The translations under genes were made by a program, and so were the position numbers. 32,578 nucleotides of DNA, from positions 1 through 32,578 of the forward strand of contig JBBADN010000001.1 of NCBI GenBank assembly GCA_041656455.1. Direction: 5' to 3'. Below the pieces are notes generated by a model. It made no database searches, was not told the DNA's origin, and saw only the letters and a program-made list of their open reading frames with translations. This DNA is from Sphaerochaeta sp. GTDB taxonomy: Bacteria > Spirochaetota > Spirochaetia > Sphaerochaetales > Sphaerochaetaceae. Positions 1 to 8,267 of this stretch are shown piece after piece; the stretch's first letter is position 1; each line of letters starts with the position of its first letter.

Positions 1-1402
1 CTTCTTTTGGCATTGGTGGCGCCTTCAGTTCTTTCGGTCCTTTGGCGTTTAATGAGGGAGAGCGCTTACGCTCCTTTAAGTCGATCTCAACGGGAATCTG
101 AGGAAAGCCCAGTTCACTGCGAATCTTATTGATTAAGTAGGTAAGGTAGGTGGCGGGGAAGTCTTTCGCTCGGTTCACAAAAAGGAGGAAGTTCACCGGG
201 TTGGTGGAGACTTGGGTTCCATAGTAAATCTTAAAGTGTCCTTCCTTCCCCCGGGGTGGTTGGTACTCCTCTCCCCACGCCTTCAATGCTTCATTGAGGT
301 GGGCGGTTTCAATGCGGCGGTGGAGCTGGCGATACAAACTCCACGCTGAATCTAAAAGGGGTCCCACCCCAGTATCCTCTAACGCGCTGATCATCATCAC
401 CGGAGCGAAGTGGAGGATTGGGAAGAGGAAGCGGATTCGATCTTTAATCGCCTCAAGCTCGTTGGGAATACCACTGAGGAGATCAATCTTATTCAGGACG
501 ATGATCACCCCTTTTCCACGGCGAACGATCAATGAGGCGATCTTCTTGTCTTGGTCGGCGAGTCCTTCGGCGGAGTCGACGACTAAGAAGACGACATCCG
601 CCTCTTCAATGGTGCGAATCGCCCGGTTCACTGAGTAGTACTCAACATCCTCTTCGACTTTACTTTTGCGCCGAATACCAGCGGTATCAAGGACGCTGAA
701 ATGTGTTCCTTTGTGGACAAAGGAGCCTGAGACAACATCGCGGGTTGTTCCGGCGATGTCACTGACTAAGGAGATCTGCTTCCCAACAAGGAGGTTCGCT
801 AAGGTGGACTTACCGGTATTAGGCTTGCCCATGATAGCCAGCTTCACCACCGCCTCTTCTTCTTCAGCGATTTCAACTTCTTCAAAGTGTAGGAGCCCTA
901 AGAGGGCGTCCTCTAAATCATCAATCCCCAACCCGTGGGCTGCGCTGATGCCGACGACTTTCTCAAAGCCGTAGCTGTAGAACTCCCAGATGAGGTCTTC
1001 GCGTTTTGGGTCATCGATCTTATTCACCGTAAGGATGAGGCGATCGCTGTACGGGCGGAGCACCTCAAGGAGGTGAAGGTCCTCACTCGTCACTTCGGTG
1101 CAATCCATCATGAAGATGATCGCATCACTGCGCTCTAAGAGCGAGAGGCTTTGGGCACTGACCATATCGTCGAGCGTTACCCCTTCCATCTTCACCCCGC
1201 CACTATCGACGAGGGTGACGGGGTTACCCGCTAAAAACCACCGCTCGGGGAGTAAATCACGGGTTACTCCCGGCGTTGGGTCGGTGATCGCCCGGCGTTT
1301 TCCAATAAGGCGGTTAAAGAGGGTCGACTTACCAACGTTGGGTCGACCAATTATAGAGATTACTACCGGTTCACCGGATAGTAAGGTCATCGAATCGTTC
1401 AT
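1..1402 (-). CDS. der: Ribosome biogenesis GTPase Der/EngA, runs off the left window edge
   Basis: Not in the ORF track because there is no stop in the window. Manual translation from ATG 1402 gives MNDSMTLLSGEPVVISIIGRPNVGKSTLFNRL...TDPTPGVTRD...VDSGG. Second G domain GKPNTGKS...AGTTRD...DTAGIRRK; C-terminal KH-like region ...LGFPQIPVEIDLKERK. Overlaps the ptsI 3' end. Alternative start at ATG 1390. Confidence 0.95.
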   Translation of the reverse strand, partial: MNDSMTLLSGEPVVISIIGRPNVGKSTLFNRLIGKRRAITDPTPGVTRDLLPERWFLAGNPVTLVDSGGVKMEGVTLDDMVSAQSLSLLERSDAIIFMMDCTEVTSEDLHLLEVLRPYSDRLILTVNKIDDPKREDLIWEFYSYGFEKVVGISAAHGLGIDDLEDALLGLLHFEEVEIAEEEEAVVKLAIMGKPNTGKSTLANLLVGKQISLVSDIAGTTRDVVSGSFVHKGTHFSVLDTAGIRRKSKVEEDVEYYSVNRAIRTIEEADVVFLVVDSAEGLADQDKKIASLIVRRGKGVIIVLNKIDLLSGIPNELEAIKDRIRFLFPILHFAPVMMISALEDTGVGPLLDSAWSLYRQLHRRIETAHLNEALKAWGEEYQPPRGKEGHFKIYYGTQVSTNPVNFLLFVNRAKDFPATYLTYLINKIRSELGFPQIPVEIDLKERKRSPSLNAKGPKELKAPPMPKE

Positions 1403-3104
1403 GCATCCACTCCCGTACTGCTTCTTCAGTCATCACGTAGTTTTCGAGGGTTAAGAGGTGCGCAACTAAATCCTGGGCAGCAGCAAGATTGATTGAGCGG
1501 ATAATCTTGCGGAGTTTTAAGAGCGCATGCGGTCCCATCGAGAGTTCATCAACACCAAGGCCCACCAAGACAACGGCGTGGTGCGCTTCGGCGGCCATCT
1601 CTCCACACACGGCAACCTTCTTACCCGCTTTGTGGGCGTGATCAACAACGGTTTTAAGCAACCGAAGGACACCGGGGTGAAGGGGTTGGTAGAGATGGGC
1701 TATTTTTTGGTTGTTTCGATCAACAGCGATCGTATATTGAATCAAGTCATTTGTTCCAATTGAAATGAAATCAACGTAGGGGATCAAGAGATCAGTGACA
1801 AGCGCCGCTGAGGGCACTTCGATCATCGTTCCGACTTGAAGGTCGGGGTCAAAGGCGACTCCTTCCTCTTTCAGCTGGAGCTTTGCTACGTGAAGAATCC
1901 GTAGTGATTGCTTCAGCTCCTGAACTCCGCTGATCATTGGGAACATAATCTTCAGTGATCCAAAGGCACTAGCGCGCAGCAGCGCCCTTAGCTGGGTCAG
2001 GAAAATATCCTTGTGTTCTAAGCAGAAGCGCACCGCCCGAAAGCCCAAGACGGGGTTCTCTTCAACGAGGTTTAACCCGCTGACAATTTTATCACCGCCA
2101 AGATCCAGCGTTCGAATCGTTACACTCTTTGGACTGAGGGTTTCAAGGACTTCTTTGTAGACTGCAAACTGCTCTTCTTCACTGGGGAGCTTTGAGCGCT
2201 CCATGAAGAAGAACTCCGTGCGGAAGAGACCAACGCCATCACTGCCCTCTTCTTGGGCAAATTGAAGTTCACTGAGGGTTTGGATATTCGATTGAATCGA
2301 AATCTCTTTCCCATCGCGCGTTACCGCTTTTAATGCGGCGCTAGCGCGCAGCTCTGCTTCGTGCTTAAGGTAGGCGGCGTGGCGTTTTGCCACTTTCTCT
2401 GCGGCGCGGTGGTCCGCTCGGATAATCACCTCCCCCCAAATTCCATCGACGATGACCTCATCACCGTCGTGGGCGGCGTGGGACGCGAGGTGGGTTTCAA
2501 TGACGGTGGGAATATCAAGACCGCGGGCGAGGATCGCTACGTGGGAAGCAAAACCCCCGCCGTCTAAGCTGAGGCCTAAGATCTTTGAGCGATCGAGGCT
2601 AAAGAGTTCACTGGGCAGGAGGCTATCGGCTAAGAGGATGATTGGTTCATCTAAGACGAGCTTCGGATGGCTCTTCTTCCCACTGAGCTCTTCAACGATC
2701 GATTGGCCGATATCTTTGATGTCGATCGCCCGCTGGCGAAAGAGTTCGTCATCACTCGCCTCTAAGCTGTGAATGATCGCCTGGGTTACCTCTTCAGTCG
2801 CCCAACTGGCGGTGATGAGCTTTGTTTCGATCATCTCTTTAATCGAGGCGATGTACGTTGGATCTTGTAGCATCATGAGGTGGGTTTCCCAAATCTCAAG
2901 TGCCTCCCCAGCTAAGTGGGCGCTCTGGCGGTTTTTCAGCGCGACGTGGGCGCCTTCAAACGCCCGGTCGAGCTGAGTAAGCTCACCGGGGACTTGAGAT
3001 AGTGCAATAGCGTGGCGCTGTACAACAAGGGGGGTATGGCGATAGATTTTTGCCTTACCCTGGGCGATTCCCTCACTGATTGCTAAGCCGGTAAAGATCC
3101 TCAT
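1371..3104 (-). CDS. ptsI: PTS Enzyme I (phosphoenolpyruvate-protein phosphotransferase)
   Basis: 577 aa. Phospho-His motif GGFASHVAILAR, plus GVGLFRTEF, RTLDLGGDK, ENPVLGFRAVR, SIGTNDLIQY and VCGEMA. Confidence 0.96.
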   Translation of the reverse strand: MRIFTGLAISEGIAQGKAKIYRHTPLVVQRHAIALSQVPGELTQLDRAFEGAHVALKNRQSAHLAGEALEIWETHLMMLQDPTYIASIKEMIETKLITASWATEEVTQAIIHSLEASDDELFRQRAIDIKDIGQSIVEELSGKKSHPKLVLDEPIILLADSLLPSELFSLDRSKILGLSLDGGGFASHVAILARGLDIPTVIETHLASHAAHDGDEVIVDGIWGEVIIRADHRAAEKVAKRHAAYLKHEAELRASAALKAVTRDGKEISIQSNIQTLSELQFAQEEGSDGVGLFRTEFFFMERSKLPSEEEQFAVYKEVLETLSPKSVTIRTLDLGGDKIVSGLNLVEENPVLGFRAVRFCLEHKDIFLTQLRALLRASAFGSLKIMFPMISGVQELKQSLRILHVAKLQLKEEGVAFDPDLQVGTMIEVPSAALVTDLLIPYVDFISIGTNDLIQYTIAVDRNNQKIAHLYQPLHPGVLRLLKTVVDHAHKAGKKVAVCGEMAAEAHHAVVLVGLGVDELSMGPHALLKLRKIIRSINLAAAQDLVAHLLTLENYVMTEEAVREWMHERFDDLTIR

Positions 3105-3112
3105 ATACGGCT

Positions 3113-3141
3113 ATGATACGGAGTTTAGAGAGTGATGTAAA
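3113..3141 (-). promoter_or_regulatory. Sigma70-type promoter for ptsI-der (probably leaderless or near-leaderless)
   Basis: Minus strand reads TTTACA (3141-3136), 17 bp, TATCAT (3118-3113), 8 nt, ATG (3104). No SD in between. Confidence 0.65.
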
Positions 3142-3142
3142 G

Positions 3143-3172
3143 CTGGCAGAAGGAGGTATTCTTTGCTACGAT
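3143..3172 (+). promoter_or_regulatory. Extended -10 promoter candidate for the GerMN-like gene
   Basis: TGcTACGAT at 3164-3172 lies 6 nt before ATG 3179. Weak -35 CTGGCA at 3143-3148. Confidence 0.45.
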
Positions 3173-3178
3173 AAGGCG

Positions 3179-3709
3179 ATGGCTGACCATAGAAAGATCG
3201 TTGGACGCACCCTAATCATCATCCTCTTCTTCCTTCTTTACACCGCGATCATCCTCATCGCCGCTGGGCCACGAATGAAGCGGGCGTTTGAAGAAAGCGG
3301 GGTATTAGCCGCCATCCAAGGACCGAAACCAAGTCAAAGCGTCGCCGCCCCAACCCGGGCCGTCCGCGTTGCTTTTGCTAAGCTGGGAAAGGAGTTTGCC
3401 CCCTATTTAGTAGAGCAGAAACGCCTGGGCTCTACTGCAGCGCACGATACCTATGAAGCGCTGGTAGGTGGGCCTTCTTTAGCAGCGCTCCAAGACGGGG
3501 CGATTACCTTCATCGATTCAAGAACTCGCCTCTTAGGACTCACCACGAGTGCGAATATTATCTACCTCAACTTCTCAAAGGAGTTTCTCGCATCGGCGAA
3601 TGTGAAGATGGCGTACCAGCAAGTGAAAGAGACCGCCCGCTATCTTGGGGCGAAAGATATCGTCATTCTTATTGAAGGCGAAGAAGTTCCTCACGAGCTT
3701 TTTGAATGA
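3179..3709 (+). CDS. Membrane-anchored GerMN-domain-like protein
   Basis: N-terminal hydrophobic helix TLIIILFFLLYTAIILIAA. C-terminal pattern ALVGGPS...GAITFIDSRTRLLG...IYLNFSKEF...IVILIEGE resembles GerMN domains. Start placed at ATG 3179 (MADHRK) rather than 3113, which falls inside the divergent ptsI promoter. Confidence 0.7.
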   Translation: MADHRKIVGRTLIIILFFLLYTAIILIAAGPRMKRAFEESGVLAAIQGPKPSQSVAAPTRAVRVAFAKLGKEFAPYLVEQKRLGSTAAHDTYEALVGGPSLAALQDGAITFIDSRTRLLGLTTSANIIYLNFSKEFLASANVKMAYQQVKETARYLGAKDIVILIEGEEVPHELFE

Positions 3710-4448
3710 CCTCATCTTGAGAAAGGCCCATTGTTTTCTGTAGGAGGCCGAGAAACTCCCGATTCCCCTTCGCCCCAGTGATTGGACTGGCGATAAGATC
3801 GATAATCCCTACCCCTTCTGCAGCTAAGCGTTCTTGGACCGATCCAAGGACGCGTTGAATGATCTGGGAATCATCAATGACTCCATCAAATGTTGAAGGG
3901 GGGTTTTCTAGCTCAAACTGTGGTTTGATGAGGGCTATTAAAAACGTGTTTCCAACGAGGGAAAGGATGTGCGATGCAGCGTTGCTAATTGAGCGGAAGG
4001 AGAGATCACATACCGCAGCTTCAGCGGGGGGATCGACCTCATTTAACGTCATGATATTCTGCTTCTCATGAAGGATGACCCGCGGGTCACTGCGAAGTTT
4101 CCAATCGATGAGGTTATACCCCACATCAACAGCGTGGACTGCTTTGGCTCCGTGTTGAAGAAGGCAATCGGTAAAGCCACCAGTAGAGGAGCCTGCGTCG
4201 ATGAAGACTCTCCCTTCTACCTGGACATTAAACGCCGCAAGCGCCGCTTCAAGCTTATATCCGCCCCGACTTACGTACGTTTGGGTGTGGATCTCAAGAG
4301 CGCCATCTTCAGGGATTAATTGCTTGGGGTCGGTGACTAACTCCCCATCAACAAAGACGTTTTTACAGATGACGAAGGCGTGTAGTTCATCCTTAGTGTA
4401 GGTCGTAAAGTGGGTTTGAAGTGCTCGAAGAAGCGGTACTTTCTTCAT
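3669..4448 (-). CDS. tlyA: TlyA-family rRNA 2'-O-methyltransferase (S4 + FtsJ-like domains)
   Basis: Motifs YVSRGGYKL, DAGSSTGGFTDCLLQHGA, VDVG, DLSF, LIKPQFE and SPITGAKGNREFL. Confidence 0.93.
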   Translation of the reverse strand: MKKVPLLRALQTHFTTYTKDELHAFVICKNVFVDGELVTDPKQLIPEDGALEIHTQTYVSRGGYKLEAALAAFNVQVEGRVFIDAGSSTGGFTDCLLQHGAKAVHAVDVGYNLIDWKLRSDPRVILHEKQNIMTLNEVDPPAEAAVCDLSFRSISNAASHILSLVGNTFLIALIKPQFELENPPSTFDGVIDDSQIIQRVLGSVQERLAAEGVGIIDLIASPITGAKGNREFLGLLQKTMGLSQDEVIQKAREELLRLQ

Positions 4449-5245
4449 ACGCTAAAGGTGCGGGTGAAGCGCTCAATTCCTACACTCGCGCCCGTAGTTG
4501 GGTCAATCGTAACGATCACCCCCTGCATCATCGGCGGGGTTGAGGCGATCTCACTGCGCAGGGGCATCTGGGTGATTGAGCGGGCGATTGAAAGGGCAGG
4601 ATCGGAGCCGATCACACTCTTCGTCGGTCCACACATACCCATATCGGTGATGTACGCCGTCTTATTGGGCAGGATCTTCTCGTCGGCGGTTTGAACGTGG
4701 GTGTGCGTTCCAATGACGCAGCTGACCTTCCCATCGAAGTGAAAGGCGAGTGCCTCTTTCTCCATCGGGTTCTCGGCGTGAAAATCGACGATGATCATCT
4801 TCGTTTGCTTCCGGAGGCGTTCGATCTGCTCCATTCCAACACGGAACGGGCAGTCAATTGGGCTCATCGATTGCCGGCCTTGAAGGTTTAAGACAGCAAC
4901 GGCGTGCTCGCGAACTTGAAGAACGACACTGCCGTGACCGGGAACTTGGGGTGGGTAGTTTGCAGGGCGAAGAAGGCGCTTCTCGGAATCGAGAATTGGC
5001 CGGAGCTCCTCCTGCTGCCAGATGTGGTTTCCACTGGTAATTGCGTGGATTCCAAGATTAAAGAATTGATTCATCAGCGCAATAGAGAGGCCGAAGCCAT
5101 TGGCGGCGTTCTCACCATTGGCGATGACGACATCGGCTCGACTCTCCTTCACAAGAGAATTGAGCCCTAAAAAGAGAGCCCTGCTCCCAGGCTGTCCACA
5201 GACGTCCCCTAAGAGCAAGGCCACTATTGGTTTTTGATCAGCCAC
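4445..5245 (-). CDS. ymdB: YmdB-like metallophosphoesterase (TIGR00282 family)
   Basis: Motifs GDVCGQPG, NGENAANG, TSGNH, LRPANYP, VDFHAE, GTHTHVQTAD and TDMGMCG. GTG start, directly downstream of rny. Confidence 0.92.
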   Translation of the reverse strand: MADQKPIVALLLGDVCGQPGSRALFLGLNSLVKESRADVVIANGENAANGFGLSIALMNQFFNLGIHAITSGNHIWQQEELRPILDSEKRLLRPANYPPQVPGHGSVVLQVREHAVAVLNLQGRQSMSPIDCPFRVGMEQIERLRKQTKMIIVDFHAENPMEKEALAFHFDGKVSCVIGTHTHVQTADEKILPNKTAYITDMGMCGPTKSVIGSDPALSIARSITQMPLRSEIASTPPMMQGVIVTIDPTTGASVGIERFTRTFSV

Positions 5246-5249
5246 AATC

Positions 5250-6782
5250 TTACCTAGCGTATTCAGTCACACGGGTTTCTCGGATAATCGTCACTTTAAT
5301 GCGTCCGGGGTAGCGAAGCTCGGCTTCGATCCGCCCGGCGATTCCCTTGGCGATTTCCTTGGCCCCTTCGTCGGTGACCTCTTCGTTATTTACCAGAATC
5401 CTCAGCTCGCGACCCGCTTGGATTGCGTACGCTTTCTCAACTCCAGTAAAGGATTCAGCGATCTTCTCAAGTGATTCAAGGCGCTTGATGTAGTTATCGA
5501 GCGTCTCCCGACGTGCTCCTGGGCGAGCGGCACTGATCGCATCAGCGATCTGCACGATGACCGCCTCTAAGGTCTTTGGTTCCTCGTCATTGTGGTGAGC
5601 GAGGATCGCATTGATAACCCGAGGGTCTTCGCCGAGGCGACGGGCAAGGTCCGCTCCGAGTTCGGAGTGGTTTGCATCACTTTCAGTTTCTATTCCCTTA
5701 CCGATGTCGTGGAGCAATCCACCACGGACGGCAAGTTCCCGGTCGGCGCCAATTTCACTGGCAATCATGCCGGAGATTATGGCGACCTCCTTGGCGTGAG
5801 AGAGGACATTTTGTCCATAGCTGGTGCGGAAATGGAGACGGCCGAGCGCCCGAATCATCTCTGGAGAGACGTTATGAATCCCCAGATCAAAGATGACCTT
5901 TTCCCCTTCTTCAGCGATGATGCCACCAACTTCCTTGGTGACTTTGTTTACGACCTCTTCAATCCGAGATGGGTGGATTCGCCCATCCTGCACGAGCCGT
6001 TCTAAGGCTACGCGGGCAATTTCCTTGCGGACCGGATCGAAGCAGGAGATAACCACTGCTTCAGGGGTGTCGTCGATGATCACATCAACCCCAGTAAGGG
6101 TCTCGAGGGTTCGGATATTCCTACCCTCGCGGCCGATGATTCTTCCCTTCATCTCATCGGATGGAAGGCTCACCGAGCTGACGGTCACGTCATTGACAAC
6201 TTCAGTCGCCAGTCGCTGGATTGAGGTCACAACGACTTCGCGGGCTTTTTTGTCGGCGGAGAGCTGGGCCTCTTGCTCAATCTTGTTAATCATGAGCTGG
6301 GCGTCTCTCTTCGCATCGTTGTACAAGCTCTCCATGATGAGGTTTTTTGCCTCGTCAGCCGACAATCCAGCGATGCGTTCAAGTTCCACAATAAGGTTGC
6401 CTTCTTTAGCGACAACCTCTTCTTCCTGCTGGGAAAGATTTACTTCCCACTCTCCCAATTGTTTTTTAATACCATCAAGTTCAGTCTGCTTCTGCTCGAG
6501 ATTCTCCTCTTTTTGGAGGAGTCTACGCTCTAATCGTTGTAGTTCAGTTCGTCTCTCTCGCGCCTCTCGTTCCTGCTGTTGCTGTTCTTTCAGCAACTGA
6601 TCCCGAGTTTCAAGCAAAAGCTCCTTGCTTTTTGCTTCCGCTTCTTTTACTGCTTCCTCGTTGAGGCGAATTGCTCGCTGTTCAACGGAGGTAAGCTTAA
6701 ATTTCGCATACAGCCATCGGCCCAACCAACCTAAGATAGTACCAACAAGACAACCAAGGAGGATAATGAGTATATTGTTCAT
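5250..6782 (-). CDS. rny: Ribonuclease Y
   Basis: N-terminal TM helix, coiled coil, KH motif EMKGRIIGREGRNIR, HD motif LLHDIGK, ADAISAARPGARRE, YAIQAGRE. Confidence 0.97.
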   Translation of the reverse strand: MNNILIILLGCLVGTILGWLGRWLYAKFKLTSVEQRAIRLNEEAVKEAEAKSKELLLETRDQLLKEQQQQEREARERRTELQRLERRLLQKEENLEQKQTELDGIKKQLGEWEVNLSQQEEEVVAKEGNLIVELERIAGLSADEAKNLIMESLYNDAKRDAQLMINKIEQEAQLSADKKAREVVVTSIQRLATEVVNDVTVSSVSLPSDEMKGRIIGREGRNIRTLETLTGVDVIIDDTPEAVVISCFDPVRKEIARVALERLVQDGRIHPSRIEEVVNKVTKEVGGIIAEEGEKVIFDLGIHNVSPEMIRALGRLHFRTSYGQNVLSHAKEVAIISGMIASEIGADRELAVRGGLLHDIGKGIETESDANHSELGADLARRLGEDPRVINAILAHHNDEEPKTLEAVIVQIADAISAARPGARRETLDNYIKRLESLEKIAESFTGVEKAYAIQAGRELRILVNNEEVTDEGAKEIAKGIAGRIEAELRYPGRIKVTIIRETRVTEYAR

Positions 6783-6807
6783 ACACTACCCCCTATCGTA
6801 TGGCACA

Positions 6808-6836
6808 ATAATACGGACGCCTGTCAGAATTGTCAA
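6808..6836 (-). promoter_or_regulatory. Near-consensus sigma70 promoter of rny-ymdB-tlyA
   Basis: Minus strand TTGACA (6836-6831), 17 bp, TATTAT (6813-6808). G-rich SD-like AGGGGG precedes ATG 6782. Confidence 0.8.
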
Positions 6837-7039
6837 GGCATGTCAAATGTTTAAAATCTGATTTAATAGCTAGATTATTCCTTTACTGTTAACTACTTAT
6901 AACGAAGAAATTACTCGAAATACAATCTTTTTCACCCAAGTACCACGAACCCATATCTCTTAGACAAAATGATGGATTTGTGCAAAACGATGCATAATAT
7001 AGTGAAAACAAAGGAATCGGTATCCTAACTACCTGCTCA

Positions 7040-8254
7040 TTAATACAGATTCTCATCGGTAAGGAAATTCACTAATTGCACGTGTCGCACCCCTTCGATG
7101 GTATCTTGGAAGTGCTCATCCATGGTAACGACGAATTTCGGGTAGGAATCCCTAGTTGCGAGAAGTGGAGCAAACTCTCGCGTTATTGTTTCTTCACTCT
7201 CAAGCTTGTACGCGACTTGGACGTACACTTTATCCGATTGCCTCTCACCGATAAAATCAACTTCTTGGGTGCCAACCTTCCCGACGTACACCCCATAGCC
7301 ACGCCGTACCAACTCGCGGTAGACAACGTTCTCCAACACCCCCGAGATGTGACGATCACGGTACCCAAAGATTGCATGCTGAAGACCAGAATCTGCGAGA
7401 TAGAACTTTTCTTGGGTCTTGAGCAGCTCTTTGCCTTGGACATCATAGCGCTGAACTCTTGTGATTAAAAAAGAACTCTCCAACGCAGTAAGGTAGGAAT
7501 ATACGGTGCTTATATCGACAGCTCTGATTTCACTTTTGAAGTAATCAGCGATTCGCTTTGCTGAAAGAGGAGACCCCACTGAATCTGCAATAAAGCTTAG
7601 GATCCTCCATAACAGCTCAACATCCCGTATTTTATAACGTTGAACAACATCACGAAGGACAATCGAGTCAAAGATATCACGGATTATCGCGTATGTTTGC
7701 TTTTCATCGTAATCATCACTGAGATGAATAATAGGAAATCCTCCTCGTCTAATATAAAGCCAAAGAAGAGCTTGTGGAGTTTGCTCACTCGGTGATCTAA
7801 AGCTCAACATTTCCTTAAAGGAGAGGACTTGCATTTCAATATGAATATAGCGCCCAGTAAGCAAGGTCGAAAGCTCCGAAGAAAGAAGCTGCGAGTTTGA
7901 ACCAGTAATATATATGTCAGCGTTGTAATCGAGAAACAGCGAGTTTATTGCTTCTTCCCAGGCGTGTACAAGCTGAATCTCATCAAAAAAGAGATACACT
8001 GGCTTCTTCCTTGTTTGCAGTTCTTCAGCGACATAGTTGTACAAGGTAAGAGCCGTGCGTACCTCGTAATATTGGAGACTTTCAAAATTGATTGAGATAA
8101 TCTGTTCTCTTTCTACTCCTTCTTTAATCAGGAGTTCTTGGATTAACAGCATCATCGTAGATTTTCCGCATCTGCGAATGCCCGTAATCACTTTGATAAG
8201 GGGTTTGTTAACAAAGGGTTTAATCTTTTCATAGTACAATGGACGATTAATCAT
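7040..8254 (-). CDS. AAA+ ATPase (AAA_14-like) with C-terminal DUF4143 / PD-(D/E)xK-like domain, function unknown
   Basis: 404 aa. Walker A GIRRCGKS, Walker B LFFDEIQ, ITGSNS, LTGR, GGFP, KFYLADSG, LENVVY, EVDF...YVQV. SD GAGGT upstream. Lower GC than the flanking core genes. Confidence 0.88.
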   Translation of the reverse strand: MINRPLYYEKIKPFVNKPLIKVITGIRRCGKSTMMLLIQELLIKEGVEREQIISINFESLQYYEVRTALTLYNYVAEELQTRKKPVYLFFDEIQLVHAWEEAINSLFLDYNADIYITGSNSQLLSSELSTLLTGRYIHIEMQVLSFKEMLSFRSPSEQTPQALLWLYIRRGGFPIIHLSDDYDEKQTYAIIRDIFDSIVLRDVVQRYKIRDVELLWRILSFIADSVGSPLSAKRIADYFKSEIRAVDISTVYSYLTALESSFLITRVQRYDVQGKELLKTQEKFYLADSGLQHAIFGYRDRHISGVLENVVYRELVRRGYGVYVGKVGTQEVDFIGERQSDKVYVQVAYKLESEETITREFAPLLATRDSYPKFVVTMDEHFQDTIEGVRHVQLVNFLTDENLY

Positions 8255-8267
8255 GAACGGGTACCTC

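Noticed and set aside
3151-3174. Perfect AGGAGG followed by TTG CTA CGA TAA (3-codon mini-ORF)
   Set aside because: It would lie upstream of the predicted plus-strand TSS and is out of frame with the GerMN-like ORF. Probably coincidental, though not excluded without TSS data.
3113-3178. N-terminal extension of the GerMN-like ORF from ATG 3113
   Set aside because: That ATG sits inside the ptsI -10 element, has no SD, and would displace the TM helix from the N-terminus.
3669-4448. tlyA as a haemolysin or virulence factor
   Set aside because: The sequence supports the rRNA methyltransferase fold in a housekeeping context; haemolytic activity cannot be inferred from it.
6847-7039. AT-rich spacer as an IS end, pseudogene or small RNA
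   Set aside because: No terminal inverted repeat, target duplication, credible ORF or stable hairpin was found by eye. Only the compositional anomaly is noted.
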